Of a stretch of 64,000 nt of DNA, positions 42,541 to 51,614 are shown in pieces. Both the position numbers and the translations under genes were made by a program. The stretch spans positions 4,384,616 through 4,448,615 of the forward strand of contig OZ245843.1 in assembly GCA_965228875.1 (NCBI GenBank), written 5' to 3'. The notes under the pieces were generated by a model. The model ran no database searches and was not told the DNA's origin. It saw nothing but the letters and a program-made list of their open reading frames with translations. This DNA comes from Thalassobaculaceae bacterium. Lineage in GTDB: Bacteria > Pseudomonadota > Alphaproteobacteria > Thalassobaculales > Thalassobaculaceae. Position 1 is the stretch's first letter, and the number at the start of each line of letters is the position of its first letter.

Positions 42541-44370
42541 GTGAGCGCGGTCGGCCTGGAGCGGCGTCCCGTGGCCTGGCCCGCGACCGTGGCGGCGGTG
42601 TTCGTCTCGCTCGCGGTCCATGGTCTGGCGGTCTACTGGCTCGACCGGCGGGATAGGGACGGTGAACCGCTGCGCCCCGGGCCGCTGACCAGCAGCATCG
42701 ACCTGTCCGGCGTCGACGTCCCCCAGTCCCGGGCGGAATCGACGCAACCGGAAACCACGCCGTCGCCCGAGGCAGAGGCAACGTCCGCCGCCTATGGCGC
42801 CGTCGGGATCCGCAGCAGCCGCGCCGAACCGGCCGTGCCGGAGCGGAAGGCGATCGCCGGCGCGCACGCCCCGTCTGAGCGGTTGTCCGGAGCACCGGGC
42901 GACGGCCGCACCGTGGAGGCCGGCGCGCCGCAGAGCCCTCGGCTGGCGACGCGCCCACCGGCGGCGGATCGGACCGCCGGTACGCCGCCTGAAGGAGAGA
43001 GACTGGCGGGCCGTGAAGCGCCGCTCCCCGCCAGTGCGGTCCCCGCCGCGACGCCTGCTGGCGAACCGGTGACCACGGCGGTTCCGGGAGACCTGTCGGA
43101 GCGGCGATCGGCGGCGTCGCCGGCGGCCGCTGTCACGGTGCCTGACATGCCAAGGCCCAAGCGGCTGGCCGAGGCGACGGCAGGTGCCGTCCGGGTCACC
43201 GGGGCGCAGCCGCCTTCCGCTGTCGCCGTCCAGAGCGCCGCTGCGGCGGATCGCGGCGAGGTGGTTCGTGCAGTCCGCGGCGAGGAGGTCGCGGCGACGT
43301 CGGCGGGCGTTGCGGACCGGGCCGTCGAGGTACCCCCGGCACCGCCGCCGACGGACCGTCGCGGTGATATCCGACCGGATGTGACCGAGGCAGCGAGCCG
43401 TGCGCCCGAAGTTGCTGAACAGGCGATGGCGACCGTCGCGGGTGAGGCGCCGAGGGTCGGGAACGCCCCCGCCCGTCTCGACCCGACGGTGGCGTCCGCC
43501 GGTCGCGCGACCGCCCTCGACCAAGTCCGGGCGGCGGCGGCACCGGTGCGGATGAGTTTCGCCGACTTGGCCGAAGCGCTCGCTGTGCTCGGCGACGAGG
43601 AATTCGCCCTGCTCACCGACGACGCTCGGGAGATCAGCCTCAGGCGGGCCGACGCGTTCAAGGGCGAGGTGGGCGACGTCATCGGACAGACGTTGGCATC
43701 CTTCCCTTGCAGTCGGTTGCAGGCCCGGTTCGACCCGGATAGCAACGTGATCGACGTGCGTGGCCATGTCGCCACGCAGGGTCTCGCCGAGCAGGTGTCG
43801 CCGCTGATGGCGCGGGTGACCGGGGGGTCGCTTGCGGTGACCTCCAGCGTCCAGATCCTGCCGTCCCCCCAATGCCGGGTGATGACGGCTTACGGCGCCA
43901 TGGGCATCCCCCAGTCGAGCGACCAGCTCGACGATCCACTGACCGTCGGTCAGGAAGCTCAGGCCGCAATTCTCGATTTCCGGGTCGGTGCGGTGATGGC
44001 CCTGGAGATAGAGACGCCCGACTTCCCGTCGTATATCCGCGTCGACCTGTACAGCAGCGACGGAAAGGTGCTGCATGTCGTGCCATGGCGCGGGTTCGGG
44101 CTGGAGCCCTTCGCCCCGGCGATGGCGCTGCGGGTCGGCGACGGCACCGGCGGCGGTCCGGTGCTGGAGGCGGCACCGCCGGTCGGCGTCGACGTCGCCG
44201 TCATGCTGGCGACCAGCGCGCCCCTGCCCGACGGCGAGCGACCGGTGTCCGAACCGGCGGACACCTACCAGAAATGGTTGGCGCGGAGCCTCGATGCGGC
44301 CGGCCGAAACGACCCGGAGTTCAGGGCCGAGTGGGTCTATGCACTGGTCGAGACGGTGGCTGCGAACTAA
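42541..44370 (+). CDS. TonB/TolA-like anchored protein with Pro/Ala-rich linker and C-terminal DUF4384-like domain
   Basis: TM with SLAVH (SxxxH), long low-complexity linker, C-terminal ETPDFPSYIRVDLYSSDGKVLHVVP...APPVGVDVAVMLATSAPL. Confidence 0.7.
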   Translation: MSAVGLERRPVAWPATVAAVFVSLAVHGLAVYWLDRRDRDGEPLRPGPLTSSIDLSGVDVPQSRAESTQPETTPSPEAEATSAAYGAVGIRSSRAEPAVPERKAIAGAHAPSERLSGAPGDGRTVEAGAPQSPRLATRPPAADRTAGTPPEGERLAGREAPLPASAVPAATPAGEPVTTAVPGDLSERRSAASPAAAVTVPDMPRPKRLAEATAGAVRVTGAQPPSAVAVQSAAAADRGEVVRAVRGEEVAATSAGVADRAVEVPPAPPPTDRRGDIRPDVTEAASRAPEVAEQAMATVAGEAPRVGNAPARLDPTVASAGRATALDQVRAAAAPVRMSFADLAEALAVLGDEEFALLTDDAREISLRRADAFKGEVGDVIGQTLASFPCSRLQARFDPDSNVIDVRGHVATQGLAEQVSPLMARVTGGSLAVTSSVQILPSPQCRVMTAYGAMGIPQSSDQLDDPLTVGQEAQAAILDFRVGAVMALEIETPDFPSYIRVDLYSSDGKVLHVVPWRGFGLEPFAPAMALRVGDGTGGGPVLEAAPPVGVDVAVMLATSAPLPDGERPVSEPADTYQKWLARSLDAAGRNDPEFRAEWVYALVETVAAN

Positions 44371-44554
44371 GAGCGAAGCCCGGCCGAGTCGAATTGACTC
44401 CCGGCCCCGGAAACACCACCATCCGACCTATACGGGAGGAGGCGCTCCCGGTGATTCCGAATGACATCGCAGCAACGGGCGGCCGCTCGAAGCCGGTCGC
44501 GCATGTTTCGGGGCCGGGCGTCTCATGCCGGCCGATCGACGTGAGGAGGTGGGG

Positions 44555-45211
44555 ATGATCTGCAATCGCCGAGGATTTCGGGCAGGTGTTGTCGCGGCCG
44601 GAATCCTGTTCATGATCGGCGGCACCTTGCAGGCGGCCGACAAGAGCGTTCGGCAGTTCGGAGAGAGCGCGACCAAGTCTCAGATGCTCGACTATCTGCT
44701 GAACTCGCCGGCCCCAACAGCGGCCCCGGCGGCGGTCGATAGCGACCTGCTCAAAGGCCTGCCGGCCAGGGTCGATCCGAACAGCGTGGCGACGCGCGGC
44801 GGCATTCTCAAGCCGGAGCGCGCGACGCCGAGCGTGACGGCCCAGTCACCCTGTCCTGTGACGGACAAGGCGTTCGGTACAACCGTCAACTTCGCCGTCG
44901 GCTCCTACTATCTGGAGCCGTCGACCTTCTCGGTTCTGGGCGAGGTGGCCGACCTGATGACCGATGAGAAGCTGAAGGACTGCGCCTTCGTGGTCGAGGG
45001 ACACACCGATTCCACGGGCAATCCGGATAAGAACAAGGTCCTGTCAAAGCAGCGGGCGGAGACGGTCGTGAAGTATCTCGAGAGCCATGGCGTGGCGGAC
45101 TCGCGGATGGAACTCGAGGGCAAGGGGAGCACCGAGCCGGCGGACCCGGTCAATCCGGCGGCCGATATCAACCGGCGGGTCCAGTTCCGTTTCGTCGACC
45201 GTCAGGGCTGA
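44555..45211 (+). CDS. Exported OmpA-family peptidoglycan-binding protein
   Basis: Signal peptide; VEGHTDSTG...NKVLSKQRAETV...NRRVQF; RBS GAGGAGG. Confidence 0.92.
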   Translation: MICNRRGFRAGVVAAGILFMIGGTLQAADKSVRQFGESATKSQMLDYLLNSPAPTAAPAAVDSDLLKGLPARVDPNSVATRGGILKPERATPSVTAQSPCPVTDKAFGTTVNFAVGSYYLEPSTFSVLGEVADLMTDEKLKDCAFVVEGHTDSTGNPDKNKVLSKQRAETVVKYLESHGVADSRMELEGKGSTEPADPVNPAADINRRVQFRFVDRQG

Positions 45212-45255
45212 CGGTCTGGTCGGGCGATGGCACCACCGAGGCCGACGCGCAACGC

Positions 45256-45846
45256 TCAGCCCGTCGGCCTGCGGTGTCGGGTGGTCAGCGCGCCGTCCGT
45301 GAGCGTGTAAACCGCGACCTGCTCCCCGGCATCCTCCTCGGCGACGAAGCCGGCCAGGGGGCCGAAGAACGGTGTCAGGGAATCCGGTGTACCGGTCTTC
45401 AGGAAAAGGTGCAGCGCCCTCGGATCGTAGTAGCGGAAGGCGAGGCTGCGCCCGTCCTCGGTCATCACGATGTTGAATTTCCGCAGGTGACGCCGCAGCG
45501 CCGTCAGCTCGAGCGGCGACAGGATGTAGATCCCCCAGGCCTGCCCCCAGCCGTCGCGCAGGAGCCAGTCGGCCAGCAGCGACCCCTCCTCGATTTCCAT
45601 CAGGTAGGGCGCGACTTCCGCAAGATCCTCGGCCAGTTCGCCCTGGTAGAGCGAACGGACCCCCGCGCCCGTTCCCTTCAGTTTGCGGTGGATCGCGGTG
45701 TCGCGGGCCGCATCCAATGCCGCGAACAGGCGCACGCCGCCGTTCCCCGATCGGGCGTCGCGCAGGATGTCGGCGAGCAACTGGCGTCGCGCCTCGATGA
45801 TGTTGCGGGAAGGGACGCCGGCATCCGGCGTGCCGATCATGCTCAT
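45256..45846 (-). CDS. DUF4123 T6SS effector chaperone/adaptor (Tap-1/TEC)
   Basis: LDAAR, SLY, APYL, WG, LRRHLR, FRYYDPR; overlaps the vgrG stop. Confidence 0.9.
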   Translation of the reverse strand: MSMIGTPDAGVPSRNIIEARRQLLADILRDARSGNGGVRLFAALDAARDTAIHRKLKGTGAGVRSLYQGELAEDLAEVAPYLMEIEEGSLLADWLLRDGWGQAWGIYILSPLELTALRRHLRKFNIVMTEDGRSLAFRYYDPRALHLFLKTGTPDSLTPFFGPLAGFVAEEDAGEQVAVYTLTDGALTTRHRRPTG

Positions 45847-47897
45847 GCGCCGGCCTCCCCGCAGATCTCGCAGAACGGAGTGCCCTTGACGGCGGCCTCG
45901 CGCAGGGCCGCGATCTGGCTGACGCGCTTGCGGGTGCCGGTACCCTTCGGCACGGTCTTCGGGCTGGTCAGGTCGGTCGTCGCACCCGGCTGGCCGTCAT
46001 CGGCTGCCGCGGGCGCGTCCGGCGCCTGCGGGTTTGCGCTCAGGCTGCCCGATGAGCCGCCGCTGTTGATGAGAACCATCGGGCCCTGGATGGTCACGCC
46101 GCTGGGCCCCAGCGTGATGAAGCCCGCGCCGGCCTTGATGGTCAGCATCATCCCGGCCTCGATCATCACCTCCATGCCGGCCTTCACCGCGTAGTTCGTA
46201 CCGGCCTTGGCGTGGAATTCCTGGGCGATGTCGAGGGAGTCGATACCGCCGATCCGGGTTGACCGGTCGCCACCGACATCTTCGTGCTGGTCGCCGCCGA
46301 CCTTCTCGAACCGATCGTTGACGACGGTCTCGTGATGCTGGTCGCCCACATGGCTCCGCAGCGTCTCCTTGATCCGGAGGTCCATGTCCTTCTGGCCGTG
46401 CACGAAGATCTGCTCGCTACCGGCCTTGTCCTCGAACCGCAATTCGTTGAACCCGCCGCCGCCGGGAGAGGAGTTCGTCTTGATCGTCGAGCGGGTCTTG
46501 TGACCGGGCGGATCGTAGACCGGTTCGTTGACGGCGTTGTGGACGACCCCGGTGATTAGCGGCCGGTCGGGATCTCCCTCCAGGAACGAGACGGCGACCT
46601 CCATGCCGATCCGCGGGATGAAGGTCTGGCCGAAGCGGATACCCGCCCATCCCTGGGCGACCCTGATCCAGCAGGAGCTCTTCTCGTCGTAGGCGCCGCG
46701 CCGATCCCAGTGAAACTGCACCTTCACCCGGCCGTGCCTGTCGACGTGGATCTCCTCGCCGCCCGGACCGGTGACGATGGCGGTCTGCAGGCCGTCGATC
46801 GTCGGTTTCGACGTGACCCGCGGAGCGCGGAACTGGGTGTCGGCGGGAATGCACTCGAAGGTCCCGCGGTATCGGGCGCCTCGCGGTTCGCCGAACTCCC
46901 AGTTGTTCTCCGCTTCGTGGGCGACGCGGGTGACAAGGTGGGAGACGTTGTAGCCTTCCACCTCGTGCTCGACGAGGTCGAAGGTGAAGCCTGGACAGAT
47001 GGTGAACTCGTTGGTGGTTCCGGTCCGCATCCGACTGCGCGCCTCGAGGGCCTCCATCCGGACCGAGGCGAAGGTGTCGCCGTCGCTCATCTCGCGGTAA
47101 CGGCCGGGATAGTCGAAGACCTCCAGATCCTGGGCCGCCGGCAGGCCGGCGTTCGATCCGATCCCGGCGATCAGCGAGGCCCGCGGCTTGAGCGGGTCGA
47201 AGTCGTTGAGCGTGACCCGGCCCGAGGTCACGCTTGCCACCTCCCGCCATTCCGACACGCCGGACTCGTCGTCCCCCATCTCCTGGCGGGCCGCCCGAAG
47301 GGTGGCGCCACCGGCGATCGGCTGGTGCGCCATGGCCGTGTCGGCGAGCACCAGCGTGTGCCGGTCGTCCTCATGCTCGAAGTAGTAGTAGATCCCCTCT
47401 TCCTCGAAGAGCCTGGACAGGAAGGCGAACGAGGTCTCGCGGTACTGGACGCAATAGGTCCGGTTGGCGAAGGCGCCGGACGTCTCGACGCGGAAATCGG
47501 TGAAGTTCATCTCGCCGAAGATCTCCTCGGCGATGGCGATCACGGATTTCTCCTGGAAGATCCTCGAGTCGGCCCGCAGCGACAGGAACCAGAACCAGGG
47601 ACGCAGCGTGAGGGAGTAATGGTGGACCTGGTCGCTCTGCCGATAGCCGTCATACTCGAAGGCGGCGACATACCCGTGAAAGTGCCGGTCGCGGCCCTCG
47701 ACCGTCGTCAGCGTCACCACCGCCGGCAGCCCGAGAATCTCCGACGGGTCCGCGATCGGATCGAGGGCGAAGGCCCGCACCCGGAACGCGAACAGTTCCG
47801 AGAGCGCTTCCTCGCCGGCCACCGATACGGCGAAGAGCCGGTCCGGTCCGAGCGGGGTGGCCATCCGCAGCAAATGGCTCGACTGGGCTCGATCCAT
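45843..47897 (-). CDS. vgrG: T6SS spike protein VgrG (TssI)
   Basis: GEEALSELF, CVQYRETSFAFLSRLFEEEGIYYYF, GRVKVQFHWDR, IPRIGMEV, NELRFED; C-terminal PFCEIC. Confidence 0.96.
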   Translation of the reverse strand: MDRAQSSHLLRMATPLGPDRLFAVSVAGEEALSELFAFRVRAFALDPIADPSEILGLPAVVTLTTVEGRDRHFHGYVAAFEYDGYRQSDQVHHYSLTLRPWFWFLSLRADSRIFQEKSVIAIAEEIFGEMNFTDFRVETSGAFANRTYCVQYRETSFAFLSRLFEEEGIYYYFEHEDDRHTLVLADTAMAHQPIAGGATLRAARQEMGDDESGVSEWREVASVTSGRVTLNDFDPLKPRASLIAGIGSNAGLPAAQDLEVFDYPGRYREMSDGDTFASVRMEALEARSRMRTGTTNEFTICPGFTFDLVEHEVEGYNVSHLVTRVAHEAENNWEFGEPRGARYRGTFECIPADTQFRAPRVTSKPTIDGLQTAIVTGPGGEEIHVDRHGRVKVQFHWDRRGAYDEKSSCWIRVAQGWAGIRFGQTFIPRIGMEVAVSFLEGDPDRPLITGVVHNAVNEPVYDPPGHKTRSTIKTNSSPGGGGFNELRFEDKAGSEQIFVHGQKDMDLRIKETLRSHVGDQHHETVVNDRFEKVGGDQHEDVGGDRSTRIGGIDSLDIAQEFHAKAGTNYAVKAGMEVMIEAGMMLTIKAGAGFITLGPSGVTIQGPMVLINSGGSSGSLSANPQAPDAPAAADDGQPGATTDLTSPKTVPKGTGTRKRVSQIAALREAAVKGTPFCEICGEAGA

Positions 47898-48060
47898 GTG
47901 AGGTCCGCTTCTCCCTGAGCCGGGTCTCGGTCGCATCATATCCAGGGCCGGGGGCCTCGGCCATAGATCGAATGTCTCGGGGTGGTGTAGCGCAAGTTGC
48001 GCGTTTCCTCTACAAGTTCCCCGGATCGTTGGGGTGGCAGTTCTTATTCTGGAGAGCACG

Positions 48061-50571
48061 ATGACCCGGAACGGTAGATCCTCAACCGCCACCGGCCGGA
48101 CCGGCCCGTTGGGGCGTGGCCTGCTCGTCGGGGCCGCCTTCCTTGTCGCCCTGGGGGTCGGTGTCCGAGTGTCTCCAGAAGGCGCCGCGACCGTCGCGGT
48201 CAGCACGGCCGAGGCCCAGGGGGCGAGGACGATGCTGCGCAACAGCAGCCGGGTGGTCCGCGACGCCATCCGCAACCAGATCCGCCAGGCGCTCACCGTG
48301 CGCCTGCGGGTCCAGGCGCCGCCGCGGGCGGAGGTCCAGCGGGTCGAATGGTCGTCGGACGGCACGATGGCCGCGGCCTTGCTCGCCGACGGATCGGGCG
48401 ACGTCTGGTTTCTCGATCAGGGCGCCACCCTGCGGCTGCCGGTTCTCGGGGCTCCGCCTTTCCGCGACGTCGTGCTCTCGCCGGGCGGCGGCGGGTTGGT
48501 GGCCGTGATCGACCGCGACGACCGGGTCGCGATCGCCACGCTCGGCGCCCCGGCGCGGCGCGGTCCGACCGATTTTCCGGGCGGTCGTCCGGTGGCGCTG
48601 ACGCCGCGCGGCGACCGCGCGGGCGTGCTGGTGTCCACCGTCGGCGGTACGGTGGTCGAGATCGGCGTCGACGGCTCCGCCAGGCGGCTCTGGTCCGCCG
48701 ATGGCGGTACCATCGACGGGATCGACGCCGATTCCGATGGAGACCGCGTCGTCGTGCATGCCGATGGCCGGGTCGTCGAGCTGGCGATCGGACCGTCAGG
48801 ACCGGCGACGGTCGAGGAAACCTGGCGGCTGACCGGCGTGCGGGATGTTGTCTATGCGGCCAGTGGCCCGGTGGCGCTCCTGGACGATGGGACGGTCCAT
48901 CGGCTGTCATCGGACGGCACCCGGTCCGCCGCCGAAAGTCCTGTGTCGGGAGACCGGCTTCTGGCGTCCGACGACGGCGCCTTCGCCGTGCTGACCGATG
49001 ACGGCGACGGGGCGGTCTGGCCCGGAACGGGGAATGCCCGACCGGCCCGCTTCGCCATCGGTGCCGAGAATGTTGCCGAGGCGACGCTGACTCCGGGCGC
49101 CGCGCTGGTGATGGTGCGGCGGGAGAATGGCTGGGTCGACGGACATGACGTTGCCACGGCGGCCGGCGGCCGGGTGCTGCGCATGGTCGCCACCCGCTCC
49201 GGCTGGGCCGCCGTGGATAGCCGCGGGCGCTATGACGGATCCTTGGACGCCCTCACGGAGGTCGGTTGGGGCGACGACGGCACCTTCATCGAGTTGGAGC
49301 GGTTCGCGGAACTGTATTTCGAGCCAGGCCTGGTTCGCCGCTACCTGGCGCGTCGGCGCGATTTTCTGACCGCGCCGCCGGAACCGATTGTCGACGACAC
49401 CGAGATCGCGGCGCCGCCGGAGGTGTCGGTGTCCGTGGACCGGGCGCCGGCCACGGCCGGACAGGCCCTCGTCGCCTCCGGATCCGTCACGTCCCCCGAA
49501 CCGGTGGTCGAGGTGCGGGTGTTCCACAACGGCCGCGCCCTGCCGCCCGAGGCGGTCGTCACCGGTACCAGTGACGACGGCGGTGTTCAGACGGTCACCG
49601 TGACGACCGACACGCAGGCGAGCGAGGGGGAGAACACCCTCCAGGTCGTTGCCCAGACCGAGTCCGGCCTGGTCACGGCATCCGATGTGCAGACGGTCAC
49701 GGTGGCGCCGCCGCCGGCCCCGCCTCCGGCACCCCGCCTGGTGGTCAAGAGTTTCGGGATCAACGACTACGCCAGCCCTGAGCTGAAACTGAATTTCGCC
49801 GCCGCCGACGCGGAGGCCATCGCCGACCGGTTCTCCCGGTCCGAGGTGTTCGAACCCTCCTACCGGACCAAGGACGTCTATCTGGATTCCAATGCCGGAC
49901 GGTCCACGATCCTCGGTCAGATGCAGAGCCTGCAGTCGCTTGGCGCCGACGATATGGCCGTCATCTTTCTGTCCGGTCACGGGGTGGCGACCCCTGACCT
50001 GGGCGACTGGTACTTCCTGCCCTACGAGGCCCGCAGCCTGAGCGATCTGGACCACATCGCCGGGGTCGGGATCAGCGACGGCTTTCTCGTCTCGGCGATC
50101 ACCGATCTCAAGGTCGACCGGGTGCTGCTGATGATAGATAGCTGCCAGTCCGGCGTGGTCGCCGACGAGTTCTCGCGCTACCGACAGCGCCGCTCCCTCA
50201 AGCGGATCGCCGACCGCACCGGAATACAGATCCTCACGGCGACCCGGCCCGACCAGCTAGCACTGGAGGTGCGCGAACTCGGCCATGGCCTCTTCGCCTA
50301 TGTCGTGCTTGCCGCGCTCGATCGCGACTCGCGCGGACGCTACCGCGCCGATCTGGGGCCGATCGACGGACGTGTCTCGGTCGCCGAACTGAGGTCCTAC
50401 GTCGAGACGAACGTACCGGTGGTGGCCCAGACACTGATGGAGGCGATGGGTCGCAGCGGACAGGGAACGCAGGTCGCCTCGGCTGCATCCACCCGGACCC
50501 GCGGCGGCGCCGGGACGAGCGTGGTGATGCCGGTCTCGGCGGCCTATGGCCGGAACTTCACTGTCTACTGA
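48061..50571 (+). CDS. Exported beta-propeller + Ig-like + caspase-family (C14) protease
   Basis: Hydrophobic N-terminus, WD40-like repeats, GINDY...LNFAAADA, FLSGHG (His 49978) and IDSCQSG (Cys 50143), LGHGLFAY. Confidence 0.88.
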   Translation: MTRNGRSSTATGRTGPLGRGLLVGAAFLVALGVGVRVSPEGAATVAVSTAEAQGARTMLRNSSRVVRDAIRNQIRQALTVRLRVQAPPRAEVQRVEWSSDGTMAAALLADGSGDVWFLDQGATLRLPVLGAPPFRDVVLSPGGGGLVAVIDRDDRVAIATLGAPARRGPTDFPGGRPVALTPRGDRAGVLVSTVGGTVVEIGVDGSARRLWSADGGTIDGIDADSDGDRVVVHADGRVVELAIGPSGPATVEETWRLTGVRDVVYAASGPVALLDDGTVHRLSSDGTRSAAESPVSGDRLLASDDGAFAVLTDDGDGAVWPGTGNARPARFAIGAENVAEATLTPGAALVMVRRENGWVDGHDVATAAGGRVLRMVATRSGWAAVDSRGRYDGSLDALTEVGWGDDGTFIELERFAELYFEPGLVRRYLARRRDFLTAPPEPIVDDTEIAAPPEVSVSVDRAPATAGQALVASGSVTSPEPVVEVRVFHNGRALPPEAVVTGTSDDGGVQTVTVTTDTQASEGENTLQVVAQTESGLVTASDVQTVTVAPPPAPPPAPRLVVKSFGINDYASPELKLNFAAADAEAIADRFSRSEVFEPSYRTKDVYLDSNAGRSTILGQMQSLQSLGADDMAVIFLSGHGVATPDLGDWYFLPYEARSLSDLDHIAGVGISDGFLVSAITDLKVDRVLLMIDSCQSGVVADEFSRYRQRRSLKRIADRTGIQILTATRPDQLALEVRELGHGLFAYVVLAALDRDSRGRYRADLGPIDGRVSVAELRSYVETNVPVVAQTLMEAMGRSGQGTQVASAASTRTRGGAGTSVVMPVSAAYGRNFTVY

Positions 50572-51493
50572 AGCCTGCCCCGCCGAGGCCCGCCGGCTTG
50601 CGCCGTCGGCACCGGGCCCGAGCACGCGAGGCCACCGGCCGGCAGGTTGGTGGGGCCTGCTGGGGGTGGCGATCGCCATCACAATGGCAGTGTCGGCCTG
50701 TACGGGGGGCGGCGATCGGGCCGTGAGCCGCGGAGGCCTGCATGCGCGCGCGACCGAAGCCGGGTTTCGGGATCTCGGCGCCGCGCGGGTCGGGTTGCCG
50801 CTGGTGGCCTATCTACGGGATAGAGCCGGTGGTTCGGCGCCCCCGCATCGCCTGACGGTGTATATCGAAGGCGACGGCGCCGCCTGGCGCACCCGGACGC
50901 GGGTGTCCGACAATCCGACCCCGCGCGATCCCGTCGCTCTGGCGCTTGCGATCCGACAGCCTTCCGGTTCGTCGGCCTATGTCGGCCGACCCTGCCAGTA
51001 CGTGAACCTCGCCGGGGTCTTCTGCCCGGCCTCATTCTGGACCGACGGCCGTTACGGCCGGGAGGCCGTTGCCCTCGTCGGGCGCGCGGTCGATCTTGCG
51101 ATGGCGGCCGCCGGCGCCGACGAGGCCGTTCTGGTCGGGTTTTCCGGCGGCGGAACGCTTGCCACCCTGCTTGCCGCCACGCGCGACGACGTCGTTCACC
51201 TCATCACCGTCGCGGCGCCGCTGGACATTTACGGGTGGACGGGGTTCCACGGCGTGTCGCCGCTCGCCGCCTCGCTCGATCCGCTCGACTACATGGCCGC
51301 GCTGTCGGCCGTCGCCCAGGATCACTTCGAGGGAGGCTCGGACGCGGTCGTCCCGCCCCGGGTCAATGACCGCTTCTTCGAGCGGTCGCGTACGGCGACG
51401 GTGATGCGGCACCGCATGGCTGAGTTCGATCACACGTGCTGCTGGGCCGAAGCCTGGCCGTCCCTATACGGTCGCGTCGTCCGGAGGCGATAG
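50546..51493 (+). CDS. Alpha/beta-hydrolase lipoprotein
   Basis: Lipobox VSAC, VYIEGDG, GFSGGG nucleophile elbow, DAVVP, FDHTCCW; start uncertain. Confidence 0.85.
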   Translation: MAGTSLSTEACPAEARRLAPSAPGPSTRGHRPAGWWGLLGVAIAITMAVSACTGGGDRAVSRGGLHARATEAGFRDLGAARVGLPLVAYLRDRAGGSAPPHRLTVYIEGDGAAWRTRTRVSDNPTPRDPVALALAIRQPSGSSAYVGRPCQYVNLAGVFCPASFWTDGRYGREAVALVGRAVDLAMAAAGADEAVLVGFSGGGTLATLLAATRDDVVHLITVAAPLDIYGWTGFHGVSPLAASLDPLDYMAALSAVAQDHFEGGSDAVVPPRVNDRFFERSRTATVMRHRMAEFDHTCCWAEAWPSLYGRVVRRR

Positions 51494-51576
51494 CGATGGC
51501 ACGGCGCCGCCATTCCATTTGAACGGCCTGAGCAAAGCCGTGTAAGGTTGAGTTGCCACCATCTGTTGCGTACTGC

Positions 51577-51606
51577 CGGTCGTCCTCGGGGCGGTCGTCC
51601 TCGGGG
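51577..51606. repeat. Perfect tandem 15-bp direct repeat
   Basis: CGGTCGTCCTCGGGG x2 immediately upstream of the GTG start at 51615. Confidence 0.85.
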
Positions 51607-51614
51607 GGACACAC

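Noticed and set aside
42700..43560. Pro/Ala-rich low-complexity stretch as a repeat array
   Set aside because: No regular nucleotide repeat unit; consistent with a protein linker.
50546..51493. Alpha/beta hydrolase as a Tle-type T6SS lipase effector
   Set aside because: It has a lipoprotein signal (VSAC), implying Sec export, and no adjacent immunity gene.
51498..51515. TGGCAC as a sigma-54 promoter for the tss operon
   Set aside because: No GC/TTGC at the required -12 spacing.
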